DNA of 64,000 bases from Candidatus Saccharimonadales bacterium. GTDB taxonomy: Bacteria > Patescibacteriota > Saccharimonadia > Saccharimonadales > UBA10212. The stretch spans positions 22,777 to 86,776 of the forward strand of contig JANWHE010000016.1 in NCBI GenBank assembly GCA_025450575.1. Reading direction: 5' to 3'. The notes beneath the pieces are model-generated. The model was not told the DNA's origin and searched no databases. It saw nothing but the letters and a program-made list of their open reading frames with translations. The position numbers were made by a program, and so were the translations under genes. Shown here in pieces: positions 17,932-27,451 of the stretch. Within the stretch, counting starts at the first letter, position 1, and every line of letters begins with the position of its first letter.

Positions 17932-19374
17932 ATGAAGATAAGAACCAGGTTTGCGCCCAGTCCGACCGGCTATGTCCATGTCGGCGGCATCCGCACCGCG
18001 CTGTTCGCTTGGCTGTTAGCCCGCCAAGCCGGCGGCCAGTTTATCCTGCGCCTGGAAGATACCGATAGGAAACGCGAGGTCGAAGGGACGGGGAAGCACA
18101 TCGAAACCAGCCTTAGAACCTTGGGTCTAAATTACGACGAAGGACCGGATATCGGCGGTCCGTTCGCACCCTACCGTCAGAGCCAGCGCCTAAAAAGCTA
18201 TGAGGAATGGGCGCGGAAACTTATTAATTCCGGCCGAGCTTATGCCGACCCTTATACGCCGCGGGAGCTCGAGCAATTCAGACAGAAAGCCAAAGACGAA
18301 AAAAAACCGTTTTTATTCCGCGACCACCGACCCCAAAATCCTCCGGCTTGGGACGGTAGCCAGCCGCTGCGGTTCCGCTCCGACCCCAAAGCCTATGCCT
18401 GGAAAGACGAAGTGATGGGCGAGCTTAGGACCGGTCCGGAGGTGATAGATGACTTTATCCTTATAAAATCCGATGGCTTTCCGACGTATAACTTCGCCCA
18501 TATCATAGACGACGCCGAAATGGAGATATCGCATGTTATCCGCGGCCAGGAGTTCTTAGCCAGCGTGCCTAATTACCTGAATCTCTACGAAGCTCTGGAG
18601 ATAGACCGGCCGCTGCTGGCCACCGTGCCGCACATCCTGGTGCCGGCCGGCAACAAGAAATTGTCTAAACGTGATGGGGCCAAAGACATCTTAGATTACG
18701 TGAAAGACGGCTTCCTGCCGGAAGCGCTGGTCAGTTTTATCGCAACCATGGGCTGGAACGACGGTACCCAGCAGGAAATATACAGCGTCCAGGAACTGAT
18801 AGAAAAATTCAGCCTGGAGAGGGTGCAGCGTAGCGGCGCCCGCTTCGATGAAAAACGGCTAGAGTGGGTCAACGGCCATTTTATCCGAGAGTTGCCACCG
18901 GATGAACTTTATAAAAGGGCGGAGGGCTTCTGGCCGCCCGAAGCGGACGCCGCCGATGCAAGCCATAAGAAAGCGGCCTTGGCTCTGGTCCAGGAACGCC
19001 TGAAATATCTTGGCGAGCTGTCGCAATTAACGAAATTCTTCTTCGCGGCGCCAGCCGACGGCGATATCCGGTCCCTATTCGAAAACCCGGTCGACAAACA
19101 GCTTAAAAATCTCGATAGGGCGGCGATTATAGAGTTGCTCCAAAAAGCCCGTAACGAATTATCCGAAAGCGACTTTTCGGAAGACGACCTGGCGGAGCGG
19201 CTGAATGGCTTATTGGAGAAACTCGATACCAAACCCGGGATATTATTCGCGGCTATCCGCATCGCGGTTACCGGCGCGCCGGCCTCACCGCAGCTTTTCG
19301 GCACGCTGCATGCGCTGGGCAAAGAAGAAAGCCTGGGCCGCCTGGATAAAGTACCGGCGTTACTAAAAACTTAA
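17932..19374 (+). CDS. gltX: Glutamate--tRNA ligase
   Basis: RFAPSPTGYVHVGGIRTALF (HIGH region) and KLSKRDG (KMSKS). Confidence 0.92.
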   Translation: MKIRTRFAPSPTGYVHVGGIRTALFAWLLARQAGGQFILRLEDTDRKREVEGTGKHIETSLRTLGLNYDEGPDIGGPFAPYRQSQRLKSYEEWARKLINSGRAYADPYTPRELEQFRQKAKDEKKPFLFRDHRPQNPPAWDGSQPLRFRSDPKAYAWKDEVMGELRTGPEVIDDFILIKSDGFPTYNFAHIIDDAEMEISHVIRGQEFLASVPNYLNLYEALEIDRPLLATVPHILVPAGNKKLSKRDGAKDILDYVKDGFLPEALVSFIATMGWNDGTQQEIYSVQELIEKFSLERVQRSGARFDEKRLEWVNGHFIRELPPDELYKRAEGFWPPEADAADASHKKAALALVQERLKYLGELSQLTKFFFAAPADGDIRSLFENPVDKQLKNLDRAAIIELLQKARNELSESDFSEDDLAERLNGLLEKLDTKPGILFAAIRIAVTGAPASPQLFGTLHALGKEESLGRLDKVPALLKT

Positions 19375-19399
19375 GCTTTAACCTGTTAGAATAGTATGG

Positions 19400-20659
19400 A
19401 TGCAAGGCGACATAATGCTGCCACGGCCTCGTCGGCCGAAGACGGCGCTAAAACCAAAACCGACGCTAAAAATCCAGGCCCCGCAGCCGGACTTTATTAT
19501 CGACGAGACGGCGCCGGCGCCGAGCGGTAAACAGCGGCGGCTGCTAGTCGCTCCTCATAAACACTTTATCCGTTTCTGGAAGTTTTGGCTCGACCTGGGC
19601 CGGAACGAGCGTTTCGCTATCATCGCCGCCATGCTCCTGGTCTTTGGCGCCGGCGCCATCGGCTGGTTCTATTTCATCCAGCCAAACTCCAACCCGTCGC
19701 TCACCATAATCCGGCACCCCAAATCCAAACCTGTCGCACCGGTCACCGTACCGTCGCCGCTGACCGGCCTGCAGGTTTTACCGGACTTAGCCAAACGCCC
19801 GGTTACCGGCGTCATGATTGAAAACAGTGACGCCGCCCGGCCGCAATCCGGTCTCCAGGCCGCCGGCGTGGTCTACGAAGCTATCGCCGAAGCCGGTATC
19901 ACCCGTTTCTTAGCCTTATTCCAGGATGCCCAGCCCCAATACATCGGCCCGGTCCGCTCACTGCGGCCTTATTACATCGATTATGCCGCGCCGTTCCAGG
20001 CCAGTATCGTCCACGTCGGGGGCAGCCCCGACGCGCTAGCCAAAGTTACCAGTGGCGGCTACCGTAACTTAGACGAGTTCGCCAATGGTGGCTCGTTTTG
20101 GAGGACTACCACGCGCTACGCGCCGCATAATGTCTACACCAGCTTCGCCAAATTGGACGCTCTTAACCAGCAGAGAGGTTACACCAGCAGCCTATTCACC
20201 AGCTGGCCGCGCAAAGCCGATAAAAAACTGGCTGCCCCGACGGCCAAAACCATCGACCTCGCGATATCCAGCTCCGATTTTTACGCCCACTACGACTATG
20301 ACGCCGCCAGCAATTCATACTTACGCAGCGAAGGCGGAGCGCCACATCTGGACTTTGTCAGCGCTGACGACAAGACCGGCGTGCAGCTTGACCCCAAAGT
20401 GGTCATCGCCATGGTGGTGCCCCAGTCCCAGGGCGCCTTAGACGCTTCTGGCGCCTATTACACCGATTATGACGACACTGGCGGCGGCCCGGCATATGTC
20501 TTTCAGGATGGCGGCGTGACAGTCGGCAGCTGGACTAAATCCAGCGGCACCAGCCAGATCACCTTTACGGACTCGGCTGGCGCGCCAATCGCCCTCAATG
20601 CCGGCCAGACCTGGATAACGCTGGTCGGCGACACCAGCAAGGTCACTTATAAACCCTGA
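19400..20659 (+). CDS. DUF3048-family secreted/membrane-anchored protein
   Basis: N-terminal TM. VMIENSDAARPQSGLQAAGVVYEAIAEAGITRFLALF and RSLRPYY are typical DUF3048 core motifs. Confidence 0.7.
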   Translation: MQGDIMLPRPRRPKTALKPKPTLKIQAPQPDFIIDETAPAPSGKQRRLLVAPHKHFIRFWKFWLDLGRNERFAIIAAMLLVFGAGAIGWFYFIQPNSNPSLTIIRHPKSKPVAPVTVPSPLTGLQVLPDLAKRPVTGVMIENSDAARPQSGLQAAGVVYEAIAEAGITRFLALFQDAQPQYIGPVRSLRPYYIDYAAPFQASIVHVGGSPDALAKVTSGGYRNLDEFANGGSFWRTTTRYAPHNVYTSFAKLDALNQQRGYTSSLFTSWPRKADKKLAAPTAKTIDLAISSSDFYAHYDYDAASNSYLRSEGGAPHLDFVSADDKTGVQLDPKVVIAMVVPQSQGALDASGAYYTDYDDTGGGPAYVFQDGGVTVGSWTKSSGTSQITFTDSAGAPIALNAGQTWITLVGDTSKVTYKP

Positions 20660-20670
20660 TTAGACGCAAT

Positions 20671-20745
20671 TGGTGACCCCAAGGGGAATCGAACCCCTGT
20701 TGCTGGGATGAGAACCCAGTGTCCTAACCGCTAGACGATGGGGCC
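20671..20745 (-). tRNA. tRNA-Glu (anticodon CUC), CCA encoded
   Basis: Reverse complement reads GGCCCCA-TC-GTCTAGCGGTTAGGAC-A-CTGGG-TTCTCAT-CCCAG..AGGGGTTCGATTCCCCT-TGGGGTC-A-CCA. Confidence 0.9.
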
Positions 20746-20814
20746 ATCAGCTGTCCCTAATCATCAAAAAGAATACCATAACGGTGGTACCAGTAACAGG
20801 GGCTAATGATCATA

Positions 20815-20839
20815 AAAAGAGGCCCCTGGGGCCTCTTTT
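20815..20839 (-). terminator. Intrinsic terminator hairpin after the small KGG gene
   Basis: AAAAGAGGCCC-CTG-GGGCCTCTTTT, an 11-bp stem flanked by A and T runs, immediately after the stop at 20840-20842. Confidence 0.65.
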
Positions 20840-21019
20840 CTAGTCGACGTTAGTCGTACGCCGCGAACGGCTACCGCCTAAACGGCCGGCCGCTTTAGTG
20901 CGGGCGTCGCCTTTTTTGAATTTCATCGGACTTTTTTTACCGCCCATGCTCCGGATGCGGTCGGCCTGCTCCTTGGGCATGGCCGCGAACCCGCGCGGGC
21001 TGCTTGCGTTATCCGCCAT
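20840..21019 (-). CDS. Small KGG-motif general-stress-type protein (59 aa; below the ORF-track cutoff)
   Basis: MADNASSPRGFAAMPKEQADRIRSMGGKKS.. resembles the RGFASMDPEKQREIASKGG stress-protein motif. AGGAGG lies 6 nt upstream of the ATG and a terminator follows directly. Confidence 0.6.
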   Translation of the reverse strand: MADNASSPRGFAAMPKEQADRIRSMGGKKSPMKFKKGDARTKAAGRLGGSRSRRTTNVD

Positions 21020-21382
21020 AGATACCTCCTGACCTTATAGCATTACCAACTTAGCGCATATCAAAGATATCGGCTATAAGATTATTAACCGGTCCTTCGT
21101 ATAAATTCTAATAACGGGCTTCGCGGCTTAAAACGTCTATCAAGCGGGTAATCACGCTGATGAACACCAGGCCGAATACGATTTCGAGAGTATTGGCGTT
21201 GGAGAAATGATGCCGATGGGGCGCCGACCGGATAAAACCGGGGATGCGCAAGTATTTATTTTGGCTCAAGACCATCCCATTTTAGCATAACCGTATCAGC
21301 GTACAAGCGTCCGCTTAAATCTATCAGAAGGTCTCTATATTAAGAGAAAAAGCTTATGCACAGCTTTGTGGGAAATCCCATA

Positions 21383-21410
21383 TTGCTAAGCGGGCTAAAG
21401 CGCTTATAAT
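21383..21410 (+). promoter_or_regulatory. Sigma70-type promoter candidate (TTGCTA-16-TATAAT) about 240 nt upstream of the polymerase operon
   Basis: Hexamers at 21383-21388 and 21405-21410. No ORF lies between the promoter and the ATG at 21653. Confidence 0.45.
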
Positions 21411-21652
21411 TGGATTCAGCCATACGCGGGCTGGTGATTATCTCATCTTCCTCCGCGTAGACTACTACACTCTCGGGACGACAAACCTAGGTCACTGCCG
21501 CTCCCTTAAACGCCATCAGTTACTGGTCACGGAACTTTCTAGGAACGGTAGGTAAGTTCTTATCCAGCAGCTTTTTTCAAAAGCCGTTCACCGCAACTCT
21601 CAACAGATTGACGGACCTCTTTTTATAAACTTCAAACCCAGGAGAAAAAACC

Positions 21653-21964
21653 ATGGACCAGGCAGAAATCATCAACAAAGACGTCAACATCGTGGCGTTT
21701 TACTTTAAGAACACCGCCCGGCGGCTGCGCTGCTTTCCTAAGTGTATGGAGTATGACGGCAAGCGGATTAAGTTCACCGAGACCGGACTAGTCCACCCCA
21801 CCAAGAAAGGCCAGCGCATGATCCATGTCTTTGACATGACCGACGGCACGGCTGACTATCGGCTGGAGTTCGACGCCGCTGATTTAAGCTGGAAATTAAT
21901 CGCCATAACGGACACCCAATATGCCTCGATATCTCCAAAATTTAGAACTGCCCATCAGTTCTGA
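21653..21964 (+). CDS. Hypothetical 103-aa protein overlapping the start of the Y-family polymerase gene
   Basis: AGGAG lies 9 nt upstream of the ATG. The 3' end overlaps the next CDS by 44 nt. No recognisable motif. Confidence 0.5.
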   Translation: MDQAEIINKDVNIVAFYFKNTARRLRCFPKCMEYDGKRIKFTETGLVHPTKKGQRMIHVFDMTDGTADYRLEFDAADLSWKLIAITDTQYASISPKFRTAHQF

Positions 21965-23198
21965 ACAGCCGCAGATACTGCATATCGACCTGAACAGCTG
22001 TTTCGCTACCGTAGAGCAACAAGCTCGGCCGTTGCTGCGCGGCCGGCCGGTAGCCGTCACCAACCGGCTGACCAAAAATGCCTGCGTGGTAGCCGCCAGC
22101 TACGAGGCCAAAGCGCTGGGCGTGAAAGTCGGCATGGGCTACGCCGACGCCAAAATATTGGCTCCCGATCTGATCATGGTCGAGACCGACCCCCCTAAGT
22201 ACCACTACGTCTATAAGAAACTAATCAAGATTATGCGGTCCTACTCGCCGACCATCGGTATGAAGAGCATCGATGAGGGGATAATTGATTTCCATGGCAC
22301 CCGCCAGAACGTCAACCAGCGGCCGCTGACGGTTATCGGTCACGAGATCAAGCGGCGGCTGCGCGATGAAGTAGGAAGTTGGATGAAGTGTAACGTCGGC
22401 ATCGCCCCCAACCGTTTCTTAGCCAAGACGGCCGCCGGCCTGCACAAGCCGGACGGCCTGGACGTCATTACTCGCCATAACCTGCGGCAAACGCTGAGCG
22501 GCATGAAGCTGACCGATCTGACCGGCATCGCCGAACGTAACCAGGCCCGCCTGAACGCCGCCGGCATCCATACGCCGCTGCAGTTTCTAGACGCTCCGGC
22601 GGCGACTTTGAGCCGCCAGGTATTCCACAGCGTCTGCGGCGATGATTGGTACCGGCGGCTGCGCGGCTGGGAAGTAGATGATACCGAGCACGACACCAAG
22701 ACCGTCGGCCGTCAGTTCGTCATGGACGAATGGCAGCCCAGCGAAGAGACGCTGCTTAGCCGCTTAAGCCACCTGAGCGAAACCACCGCCATGAAGCTGC
22801 GCCACCGCGGCTTGGCCGCCCGCGGCGTCTATATATACCTAATGTACGCCAACGGCGATGTCTGGTACGAGCGCCGGCTGTTCAAAATGCCGGTCTATAC
22901 CGGCAGTGATGTCTACCGGCGGATGATGCTGCTGTTCAATAACCGGCCACGCTATGACTGGGTGCGGATGATGAGCGTCTCCTGCTACAAGCTGGAGGCG
23001 GCTCACACTAACCAGATCAGCCTGTTAGACGAAGTCAATAAGGAAGCTTGGCTGAGCGAAGCCGTAGATACTATCAATAGCCTATACGGCGAATTCACCG
23101 TCACCTACGCTTCCAGTCTGGCGGCCAAAGGGCTTATCAAACAAAAAATACCTTTCGGCACTACCCGTTATTTCGAACTTTTATGCAACCGGGCCTAG
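21921..23198 (+). CDS. Y-family DNA polymerase (UmuC/DinB-like translesion polymerase)
   Basis: ILHIDLNSCFATVEQ (UmuC-like D-x-N variant of motif I) and MKSIDEGIID (the SIDE catalytic Asp-Glu pair). Confidence 0.85.
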   Translation: MPRYLQNLELPISSEQPQILHIDLNSCFATVEQQARPLLRGRPVAVTNRLTKNACVVAASYEAKALGVKVGMGYADAKILAPDLIMVETDPPKYHYVYKKLIKIMRSYSPTIGMKSIDEGIIDFHGTRQNVNQRPLTVIGHEIKRRLRDEVGSWMKCNVGIAPNRFLAKTAAGLHKPDGLDVITRHNLRQTLSGMKLTDLTGIAERNQARLNAAGIHTPLQFLDAPAATLSRQVFHSVCGDDWYRRLRGWEVDDTEHDTKTVGRQFVMDEWQPSEETLLSRLSHLSETTAMKLRHRGLAARGVYIYLMYANGDVWYERRLFKMPVYTGSDVYRRMMLLFNNRPRYDWVRMMSVSCYKLEAAHTNQISLLDEVNKEAWLSEAVDTINSLYGEFTVTYASSLAAKGLIKQKIPFGTTRYFELLCNRA

Positions 23199-23329
23199 TT
23201 GCCAATCCGGCAGAAAAACCACATAATTAGAGCATTACCGAAATAAATCTTAAAAGATAGCCGAAAATGAATAGTATCGAAATGGTGGGAGTCCGGCGGG
23301 ACTGGCGGCGGCCGGGTAATCCTTTATAG

Positions 23330-24601
23330 ATGGGTCTTTTATCACGCCATAAAAGTACTGGCGGCGCGGCGGGCAGTCCGGCCGCCAAAAAAGTATCCAA
23401 GGTGGACCCGGAATTCATCCTGGAAGCCATCCAGGACGGCGTAGTCATGATTGCCGCGGACAACGTAATACAGCTATTCAATAACGCCGCCGCCGTTCTG
23501 ACCGGCTGGCCAGTCAACGAAGCCCAAGGGCTGGATTATAAGAATGTCATCACGCTGGTAGACAATAAGGGCCAAGCCCTCATCGAACTGGATAACCCCT
23601 TCGCGCAAGCGCTGACAACCGGCCGACCGACCCGCGACAGCGGTGCCGCGCTAAAAACCAAAAGCGGTAAATCGCTCGCTTTATCGGTCATCGTCTCGCC
23701 GATCCTGGATGGCAATGGCCAGCCCAGCGGCGACGTCGTGGCCGTGATGCGCGATGTCTCGAAGGAAAAAGAGGAGGAGGCTCGCCGCTCCGATTTCATC
23801 AGCACGGCTTCCCACGAAATGCGCACCCCTTTAGCGGCTATCGAGGGATATTTGGCGCTGGCCCTCAATCCGAAGACCGCCCAGGTCGACGAGCGCGCCC
23901 GCAACCTGCTTCAAAAAGCCAGTATGGCCACCAATCATCTGGGAGAGCTTTTCCGTGATCTGCTGACCAGCTCCAAAGCCGACGACGGCCGGCTGGCTAG
24001 TTTCCCGGCGGTCGTGGAAATCGGCGACACCCTGGAGCAGGTATCAGAAGCCGCGCGCTTCAAAGCCAAGGAGAAAAATCTGGATATCCAATATATCATC
24101 AGCAGCCAGCAGACCGTCAACGGCGGCAAGGCCATTCGGCCGCTTTACTACGCCTACGCTGATCCTAACCGCATCCGGGAAGTTTTTCAGAATATCGTCG
24201 ACAACGCCATCAAATATACTATGAGCGGCAACATAGAGGTCCGCCTGACCGGCGACAATAACACCGTGCAGGCACAGTTTACTGATACGGGCGGCGGTAT
24301 CGCGGCCGAAGATATCCCGCATCTATTCCAAAAGTTCTACCGGGTGGATAATTCCACTACCCGGACCGTCAGCGGCACCGGTCTGGGACTATATATCTGC
24401 CGCAAGATAGTCGAGATGTACAACGGCCGCATTTGGGTGGAAAGCCAGGTCGGCAAGGGCAGCACTTTCTTCATCAACCTGCCGCGGATCAGCGCCCAGC
24501 AGGCCCAGGACCTCCAAAAGAAGCAGGAGAATACGGTCAGTCCGCTGGACGCATCCAGCCTAGACGGACAGACAAATAATGCTACAATTAATGTAAGGTA
24601 A
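23330..24601 (+). CDS. Cytoplasmic PAS-domain sensor histidine kinase
   Basis: H-box FISTASHEMRTPLAAIEGY, N-box NIVDNAIKYT, G-boxes DTGGGI and GTGLGLYIC. No TM segment. Confidence 0.85.
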   Translation: MGLLSRHKSTGGAAGSPAAKKVSKVDPEFILEAIQDGVVMIAADNVIQLFNNAAAVLTGWPVNEAQGLDYKNVITLVDNKGQALIELDNPFAQALTTGRPTRDSGAALKTKSGKSLALSVIVSPILDGNGQPSGDVVAVMRDVSKEKEEEARRSDFISTASHEMRTPLAAIEGYLALALNPKTAQVDERARNLLQKASMATNHLGELFRDLLTSSKADDGRLASFPAVVEIGDTLEQVSEAARFKAKEKNLDIQYIISSQQTVNGGKAIRPLYYAYADPNRIREVFQNIVDNAIKYTMSGNIEVRLTGDNNTVQAQFTDTGGGIAAEDIPHLFQKFYRVDNSTTRTVSGTGLGLYICRKIVEMYNGRIWVESQVGKGSTFFINLPRISAQQAQDLQKKQENTVSPLDASSLDGQTNNATINVR

Positions 24602-24618
24602 GCTTAAGAAGAAACAAT

Positions 24619-25392
24619 ATGCCAAAAATACTTCTAGTCGAAGACGACAATAATCTGCGCGAAATATTCCAGATGCGCCTGCAGGCCGAAGGTTACCAGA
24701 CGGTAGCCGCCGCTGACGGCGAAGAGGGCCTGGTAGTGGCCATGAAAGAGAAGCCGGATCTGATTATCGCCGATGTCATGATGCCCAAACTAAGCGGTTT
24801 TGAGATGGTTGAGAACCTGCGCTCGGCGCCCGAGATGAAGGATACTAAAGTAATTATGATGACGGCCTTAGGACAGGCCGAAGACCAGGCTCGCGGCGAA
24901 AAGCTGGGCGTGGTAAAGTATTTAGTGAAGTCCCAGGTTACTCTGGAAGACTTCGCAGAAGTGGTCAAAGGCGTGCTTGGACCGGGTAATCCGGCCGACG
25001 CCGCCGCTGCTTCGCAAGTCACAAGTTCAACAACTAATCCCCCAGAAAGCGAGGGTCAAATGCCAGAAGACAATACATCAACCAACCCGATGCCGGCTCC
25101 TAATGATAGCCCGGCCCCAGCCGCGGACAGCGGTATGCCAGCCGGCGGTACAGACGCCAGCCAGCCAAGTACGGCTCCAGAGCCGACCGTTATCCCGGAA
25201 CCTACTGAAAGTCCTTCAGTTAGCGACGCCCCAGCCACGGACAGCGGTATGCCAGCCGGCGATTCAGGCGCCGCGGACACCGGCGCGAGCATGCCTCCCG
25301 CCGGCGATACTCCCGCCAGTGACGGCTCAACGCCTCCAACCAGCGGCGATCAACCCAGCGCTCCGACGGACGCTACCACCAACGCTCTCTAA
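24619..25392 (+). CDS. Stand-alone receiver-domain response regulator with about 130-aa Pro/Ala/Ser/Thr/Asp-rich disordered tail
   Basis: LLVEDD, IIADVMMP (phospho-Asp), MMTA and KYLVK receiver motifs. There is no output domain, only a low-complexity tail. Confidence 0.8.
   Translation: MPKILLVEDDNNLREIFQMRLQAEGYQTVAAADGEEGLVVAMKEKPDLIIADVMMPKLSGFEMVENLRSAPEMKDTKVIMMTALGQAEDQARGEKLGVVKYLVKSQVTLEDFAEVVKGVLGPGNPADAAAASQVTSSTTNPPESEGQMPEDNTSTNPMPAPNDSPAPAADSGMPAGGTDASQPSTAPEPTVIPEPTESPSVSDAPATDSGMPAGDSGAADTGASMPPAGDTPASDGSTPPTSGDQPSAPTDATTNAL
25115..25261 (+). repeat. 33-nt direct repeat (two copies, 1 mismatch) inside the regulator tail
   Basis: CCCCAGCC(G/A)CGGACAGCGGTATGCCAGCCGGCG at 25115-25147 and 25229-25261, encoding ..DSGMPAG.. 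Confidence 0.8.
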
Positions 25393-25406
25393 ATAAAACG
25401 GGCATT

Positions 25407-25440
25407 AAGAATTACCTCTGTTAAAACAGGGGTAATTCTT
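25407..25440 (+). terminator. Intrinsic terminator after the response regulator gene
   Basis: AAGAATTACCTCTG-TTAAAA-CAGGGGTAATTCTT: a 14-bp stem (one G-U pair on the + strand RNA) followed by TTTTATAAT. Confidence 0.7.
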
Positions 25441-25454
25441 TTATAATATAAGGA

Positions 25455-26765
25455 ATGAGCAGTAAAGTTCCCATCGTGGCGATCGTGGGGCGGGCCAACG
25501 TCGGCAAGTCCAGCTTGTTCAATGCTATCATTGGGCGCCGCGAAGCCATCACCTCCACCGAAGCCGGTACTACCCGCGACAGCCTGACCGCCAAAGCCAG
25601 CTGGGCGGCCAAGGACTTCTGGCTGGTAGATACGGCCGGGCTGAAAACTCCCGAGGACGACTTCGAATTAAGCATCCAGGACCAGATATCCGAAGCCGCC
25701 AACTCAGCCGACATGATCTTGGTAACGGTGGAGGCCGACGTGCCTATAACCGACGAGGACCGCCGGGTGGCCACTATGGCCTTGAAGAGCCGCCAGCCCG
25801 TCATCCTGCTTATAAATAAGGCCGACAAAGTCCGCCCGATAGATTTTGACGAGTGGCGGCGGCTGGGCATCAAAGATATACTCGCCACCAGCGCCACTCA
25901 AAAAGCCGGCTTAGACGAACTATTGGACCGCGTCGCCAAAATTTTGCCCCGGGTGCGCATTAATGATAGCCCGGAAGTCATAAAAGTATCCCTGCTGGGC
26001 AGGCCCAACGTCGGCAAATCCAGCCTCTTCAACTCTTTGGCTAAAAAACAACAGGCTTTAGTCGCCGACCGGGCCGGCACTACCCGCGACGTCAACCGCG
26101 CCACAGTACGCTACGAAGGCCAGGAAATCCAGCTGCTGGACACTGCCGGTATCCGGCGCTCCGGCAAGATTGCCAGGGGAGTGGAGCAATTCAGTGTACT
26201 GCGGGCTCTGGCAGCCATTGAGGAATCAGATATCTGCCTGTTGCTGATGGACGCCGGTGAGCTGAACGTCCAGCTGGACCAAAAGATCGCCGGCATCATC
26301 AAGGAGGCGGGCCGGGGGCTGGTATTAGTGGTCAGTAAGTGGGACAGCGCCGAAAAGGACGCTTTCACTCACGACCAGGTCAGTCCGCAGATCGCCGCCA
26401 ATTTCGATTTCGTGCCATGGGCGCCTCTGATATTTACCAGCGCCATCACCGGCCAAAACGTCGCCAAACTTTACGAGCTGGTACTCGATATATACCGCCA
26501 GCGCCAATTAAGGATCAAAACGACAGAGCTCAACCGGTGGCTCCAGCAAGCCGTGACGGACCATCCGCCGGCCGGCTTGAAAGGCCGGACTCCCAAACTT
26601 AATTACATGGTCCAAGAAGAGAATGAGTTCCCGAACTTCAAGGTTTTCGGAGCCCACACCAAATTCCTACATTGGAGCTACAAACGCTACCTGGAACGTA
26701 AGTTCCGCGAAGTCTGGCCGCTGCCCGGCACGCCGCTCAAATTCTGGTTTATCGAGAAACATTAA
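25455..26765 (+). CDS. der: Ribosome-associated GTPase Der/EngA (double G domain)
   Basis: GRANVGKSSLFN and GRPNVGKSSLFN P-loops, DTAG in each half, and a KH-like C-terminus. Confidence 0.92.
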   Translation: MSSKVPIVAIVGRANVGKSSLFNAIIGRREAITSTEAGTTRDSLTAKASWAAKDFWLVDTAGLKTPEDDFELSIQDQISEAANSADMILVTVEADVPITDEDRRVATMALKSRQPVILLINKADKVRPIDFDEWRRLGIKDILATSATQKAGLDELLDRVAKILPRVRINDSPEVIKVSLLGRPNVGKSSLFNSLAKKQQALVADRAGTTRDVNRATVRYEGQEIQLLDTAGIRRSGKIARGVEQFSVLRALAAIEESDICLLLMDAGELNVQLDQKIAGIIKEAGRGLVLVVSKWDSAEKDAFTHDQVSPQIAANFDFVPWAPLIFTSAITGQNVAKLYELVLDIYRQRQLRIKTTELNRWLQQAVTDHPPAGLKGRTPKLNYMVQEENEFPNFKVFGAHTKFLHWSYKRYLERKFREVWPLPGTPLKFWFIEKH

Positions 26766-26779
26766 GGTTAGAATTAAAT

Positions 26780-27415
26780 ATGGCTTTATTCCAAAAAAAA
26801 CCGCAAGTCCAAAGCAGCGCGCCGCTCTATACCTTAGGGGCTAACAGGACGGTGCTGATAATCGGATTGGGGAATCCCGGCGACGAGCATGCCGCTGCCC
26901 GGCACAATATCGGCTTCGTGGCTTTGGATGATTTCGCCGCTAAGAACGGCTTTCCGGGCTGGGTGGCCAAAAGTGACCTCAAATGCCAGCTGGCAGTCCA
27001 TAACCTAGGAGAAAACCGGGTTATCTTATGTAAGCCGACGACATTTATGAATAGTAGCGGCGAGGCCGCCCAGGCGGTCCAGCGGTTCTACCGGGTCTAT
27101 AACCAGAATACACTGGCAGTTTACGACGAGTTGGCCCTTCCGTTCGGATCTTTGCGGACTCGCCTGGGCGGGTCTGACGCCGGCCATAACGGCATCAGGT
27201 CGCTCATCCAGCACATCGGCGAAGACTTCAGCCGCCTGCGTATCGGAGTCGGCTCAGACATGTCGGCCAAAGCCGAGGCCGCCAGCTTTGTCCTTGGTAA
27301 GTTCACCAAAGAAGAGCAGGCTAGCCTGCCGTTAATAATCCGCGAAGCGGCCGTCATCACTACCGAATTCATCTTCGGAGGCAATTTACCCCACGAAACC
27401 CGCGCCGTTTTATAA
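26780..27415 (+). CDS. pth: Peptidyl-tRNA hydrolase
   Basis: LIIGLGNPGDEHAAARHNIGF, the canonical Pth N-terminal motif, plus GHNGIRS. Confidence 0.9.
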   Translation: MALFQKKPQVQSSAPLYTLGANRTVLIIGLGNPGDEHAAARHNIGFVALDDFAAKNGFPGWVAKSDLKCQLAVHNLGENRVILCKPTTFMNSSGEAAQAVQRFYRVYNQNTLAVYDELALPFGSLRTRLGGSDAGHNGIRSLIQHIGEDFSRLRIGVGSDMSAKAEAASFVLGKFTKEEQASLPLIIREAAVITTEFIFGGNLPHETRAVL

Positions 27416-27451
27416 ATTGGGACTCTCTAGCTGCGTCCTATCCGCTTAAAC

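Noticed and set aside
21108-21275. 55-codon minus-strand ORF (MVLSQNKYLRIPGF..., one hydrophobic helix).
   Set aside because: No SD, an ambiguous promoter and no recognisable family. It was kept out of the feature list because the support is only an open frame.
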